DNA of 64,000 nt from a virus (taxonomy: Duplodnaviria > Heunggongvirae > Uroviricota > Caudoviricetes). This document shows, piece after piece, positions 61,912 to 64,000 of this stretch. The position numbers and the translations under genes are program-made. The notes under the pieces were generated by a model. That model ran no database searches, was not told the DNA's origin, and saw nothing but the letters and a program-made list of their open reading frames with translations. The first letter of the stretch is position 1; each line of letters begins with the position of its first letter. The stretch spans positions 46,087-110,086 of IMG/VR virus record IMGVR_UViG_3300028591_000113. One strand, given 5' to 3'.

Positions 61912-63852
61912 ATGGCAAATACATATAATGAAAATAGTATTATAACACTCGCGCCAAGAGAAGCGGTCCGCGAGTCTTTAGGTATGTATATCGGTAGTAA
62001 TGATTCTAACGGTATGCATCATCTTTTAACTGAAATCGTAGCAAATGCTATGGACGAAGCTGCGGCTGGTTATGGTAAAATTATTGAAGTAACTATCGAC
62101 CGCGACGATAATTCCGCAAAAGTTAAAGACTATGGTAGAGGTATTCCATATAAAATCAATGACAGTGGCAACTACGCTATTGTTGAAATGTGCACTAACT
62201 TACATAGCGGCGGCAAATTTGATGGTCAAAGTGCCTATAAATCTTCCTTAGGTTTACATGGTGTCGGCGCGACAGTTACACACGCTTTATCAAGTTATTT
62301 CCAAATTGATGTTTGGAGAGATGATGAACATTGTCAATTCGTTAGTTATGATGGCGATTATGATGACCCAACAATAGTTAAAGAAAAGACAAAACAAAGC
62401 GGCTCTGAAGTTAAGTTTATTCCAGATAATACAGTTTTTAATGGATTGGAATGGGACTGCGAAAAAATTAAAGATGAACTTCAACTTCATGCCTTATTAA
62501 ATAATGGAATTACATTTATCCTTCATGAAGTTAAGGATAATAAAGTAATAAATACTTGGAAATATCTTTATACAAATGGTATAAAAGATATGTTAAAAAT
62601 TAAAACCGAAGGCTTAAATATGATGACAGCGCCGGTATACTTCTCTACTACCGTTACAAACGATGCTGGAAATACTTGCGATGTTGAAATGGCTTTCGCT
62701 TATTGTGACAAAGGTATTGAAACTATTTATAGTTTCGTCAATGGCGGTTATACACCAAATGATGGTACACACGTCACAGGATGGAAAACTGGCTTTACAT
62801 CTTTAATTAATAAATTAGCCAGAGATAATGAATACCTTAAAGAAAAAGATAAAAACTTTAGCGGCGAAATCGTCCGTAAAGGTCTAGTCTTAGTCTTAAG
62901 TATTAAAATGAGCGAACGTCCAATGTTCGCTGAACAAACAAAGAAAACTTTAAATAGTCCAAGTGCCCGTGGATACTGTTCAAAGGCAGTAGGACAATTA
63001 GAATTAGATAAGAAACAACTTAAACAAATTCTTGATAAGATTGATATTGAACAAAAAGCCGAAGAGGCTGCTCAAAGAAAAAGAGAAGCCCAAGAAAAAA
63101 TTGCTCGCGGCGGCAAGTCAATGAATAGTTTAAGAGACTTACCAGAAAAATTAGCAGATGCTTCAGACTTTACAGATGCAGAAATCTTCTTCTGTGAAGG
63201 TGACTCTGCGGCTGGCGGCGCAAAAGACAATAAGGCTCCAAACCAAGCTGTCTTACCATTGCGCGGTAAAGTCTTAAATACAACTTGTAAGGAATTAGCA
63301 GATGCGATTAAATCTGATACAATTAAAGATATTCTTACTTGTTTGGGTTGTGGTATCGGCGACCACTTTAATATTAACAACCTTCGTTATAATAGAATTA
63401 TTATTATGGCGGATGCTGATGCCGATGGTGGACACATTGAAAACTTACTTATTACCTTGTTCTTACATCACTTACCAGAGTTAATTTTACAAGGTAAAGT
63501 TTATGCAGCCGTTCCTCCTCTTTATAGAACTGTGAATGGTAAAGAGACCAAATATTGGACCCCTGCGCAAATAAGTGAATATAAGAAATATATGCGTAAT
63601 CACCGTAATGCTGAATCTACACGATTAAAAGGTTTAGGTGAAATGAATGGTGAAGAATTGTATGCTACAACAATGGATCCAACTAACAGAACACTTATTC
63701 AACTTACAACTGATGATTGCGCAAAAACATTACAACTTTATGATGTTTTAATGGGCAAATCTCCAAGCGCTCGTAAAGAATATATTATTAAGAACAAACT
63801 TTCCAAGTTTGATGCTGAAGATACATTTGACGATTTCGACGACGAGGAATAA
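61912..63852 (+). CDS. type II DNA topoisomerase ATPase+TOPRIM subunit (T4 gp39-like / GyrB-ParE-like)
   Basis: GHKL motifs EIVANAMDE, DYGRGIP, LHSGGKFD, GLHGVG; TOPRIM EGDSAAGGAK, PLRGKVLN, IMADADADGGHI, PPLY; Trp all TGG. Confidence 0.85.
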   Translation: MANTYNENSIITLAPREAVRESLGMYIGSNDSNGMHHLLTEIVANAMDEAAAGYGKIIEVTIDRDDNSAKVKDYGRGIPYKINDSGNYAIVEMCTNLHSGGKFDGQSAYKSSLGLHGVGATVTHALSSYFQIDVWRDDEHCQFVSYDGDYDDPTIVKEKTKQSGSEVKFIPDNTVFNGLEWDCEKIKDELQLHALLNNGITFILHEVKDNKVINTWKYLYTNGIKDMLKIKTEGLNMMTAPVYFSTTVTNDAGNTCDVEMAFAYCDKGIETIYSFVNGGYTPNDGTHVTGWKTGFTSLINKLARDNEYLKEKDKNFSGEIVRKGLVLVLSIKMSERPMFAEQTKKTLNSPSARGYCSKAVGQLELDKKQLKQILDKIDIEQKAEEAAQRKREAQEKIARGGKSMNSLRDLPEKLADASDFTDAEIFFCEGDSAAGGAKDNKAPNQAVLPLRGKVLNTTCKELADAIKSDTIKDILTCLGCGIGDHFNINNLRYNRIIIMADADADGGHIENLLITLFLHHLPELILQGKVYAAVPPLYRTVNGKETKYWTPAQISEYKKYMRNHRNAESTRLKGLGEMNGEELYATTMDPTNRTLIQLTTDDCAKTLQLYDVLMGKSPSARKEYIIKNKLSKFDAEDTFDDFDDEE

Positions 63853-63909
63853 TCGTTGCCTAAGTCGATAAAAATAAATATATTAAATATAGAAAGAAGA
63901 AAACACATT

Positions 63910-64000
63910 ATGAAAAATTCAGACATTTTAAAAGCACCAAAACTATTTAAGAAACCAAAACAAGAAAAAGTAAAAGGAACACCGGAAATTTGCTGCCCTT
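63910..64000 (+). CDS. 5-prime fragment of next gene (likely further topoisomerase subunit), truncated by window
   Basis: ATG after topoisomerase gene; window ends. Confidence 0.3.
   Translation, partial: MKNSDILKAPKLFKKPKQEKVKGTPEICCP

Noticed and set aside
1-64000. CRISPR arrays, integrase, transposase or IS elements
   Set aside because: No regularly spaced direct repeats and no recombinase or transposase motifs were seen. The only repeats found are the short promoter-like and tRNA-array motifs reported above.

Overview
This window is AT-rich (about 36% GC), compact, and almost entirely plus-strand. It looks like part of a large tailed phage or prophage: many small acidic hypothetical proteins are interspersed with modules built from a consensus sigma70 promoter and an intrinsic terminator. 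Two dense tRNA arrays (8.2-13.1 kb and 17.3-20.9 kb) hold about 33 tRNAs covering all 20 amino acids, and a 34th tRNA with a UCA anticodon sits at 42.8 kb. Recognisable genes include a lambda-type Ser/Thr phosphatase, a HAD phosphatase, an ATP-dependent ligase, PhoH, dUTPase, RNase HI, a DnaQ-like exonuclease, a UvrD-like helicase, GIY-YIG endonucleases, a T4-type topoisomerase II large subunit, an SPFH/prohibitin protein, and a structural block with Ig-like (BIG2) fibre proteins. The genetic code is not standard. Many long ORFs are only intact if TGA is read as Trp (code 4), and TGA falls on conserved Trp positions, for example in the glycogenin-like GT8 domains. Usage is bimodal: most genes between 3 and 23 kb and the topoisomerase use only TGG, while the genes at 24-31 kb and 37-61 kb use TGA heavily. 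The main candidate novelties are: (i) a 97-nt selC-like tRNA(UCA) directly upstream of a TGA-rich glycosylation island of five tandem GT8 genes, two GT4-like genes, a GHMP sugar kinase, a Stealth sugar-phosphotransferase and a GT-A enzyme; (ii) a tapA-sipW-tasA-like module of two TasA/camelysin-like secreted proteins flanking a SipW-type signal peptidase; (iii) a nucleoside 2-deoxyribosyltransferase reading in frame, with no stop, into an NCS2 uracil permease; (iv) several 0.5-1.2 kb GC-rich ORF-free transcription units with perfect TTGACA-17-TATAAT promoters and terminators, which are candidate large structured ncRNAs of the ROOL/GOLLD kind; and (v) unusual tRNAs, namely class-I tRNAs with Leu anticodons CAA and UAG, and A34 tRNAs Thr(AGU) and Ser(AGA). 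All coordinates and folds were derived by hand from the sequence, and the tRNA ends may be off by 1-2 nt.
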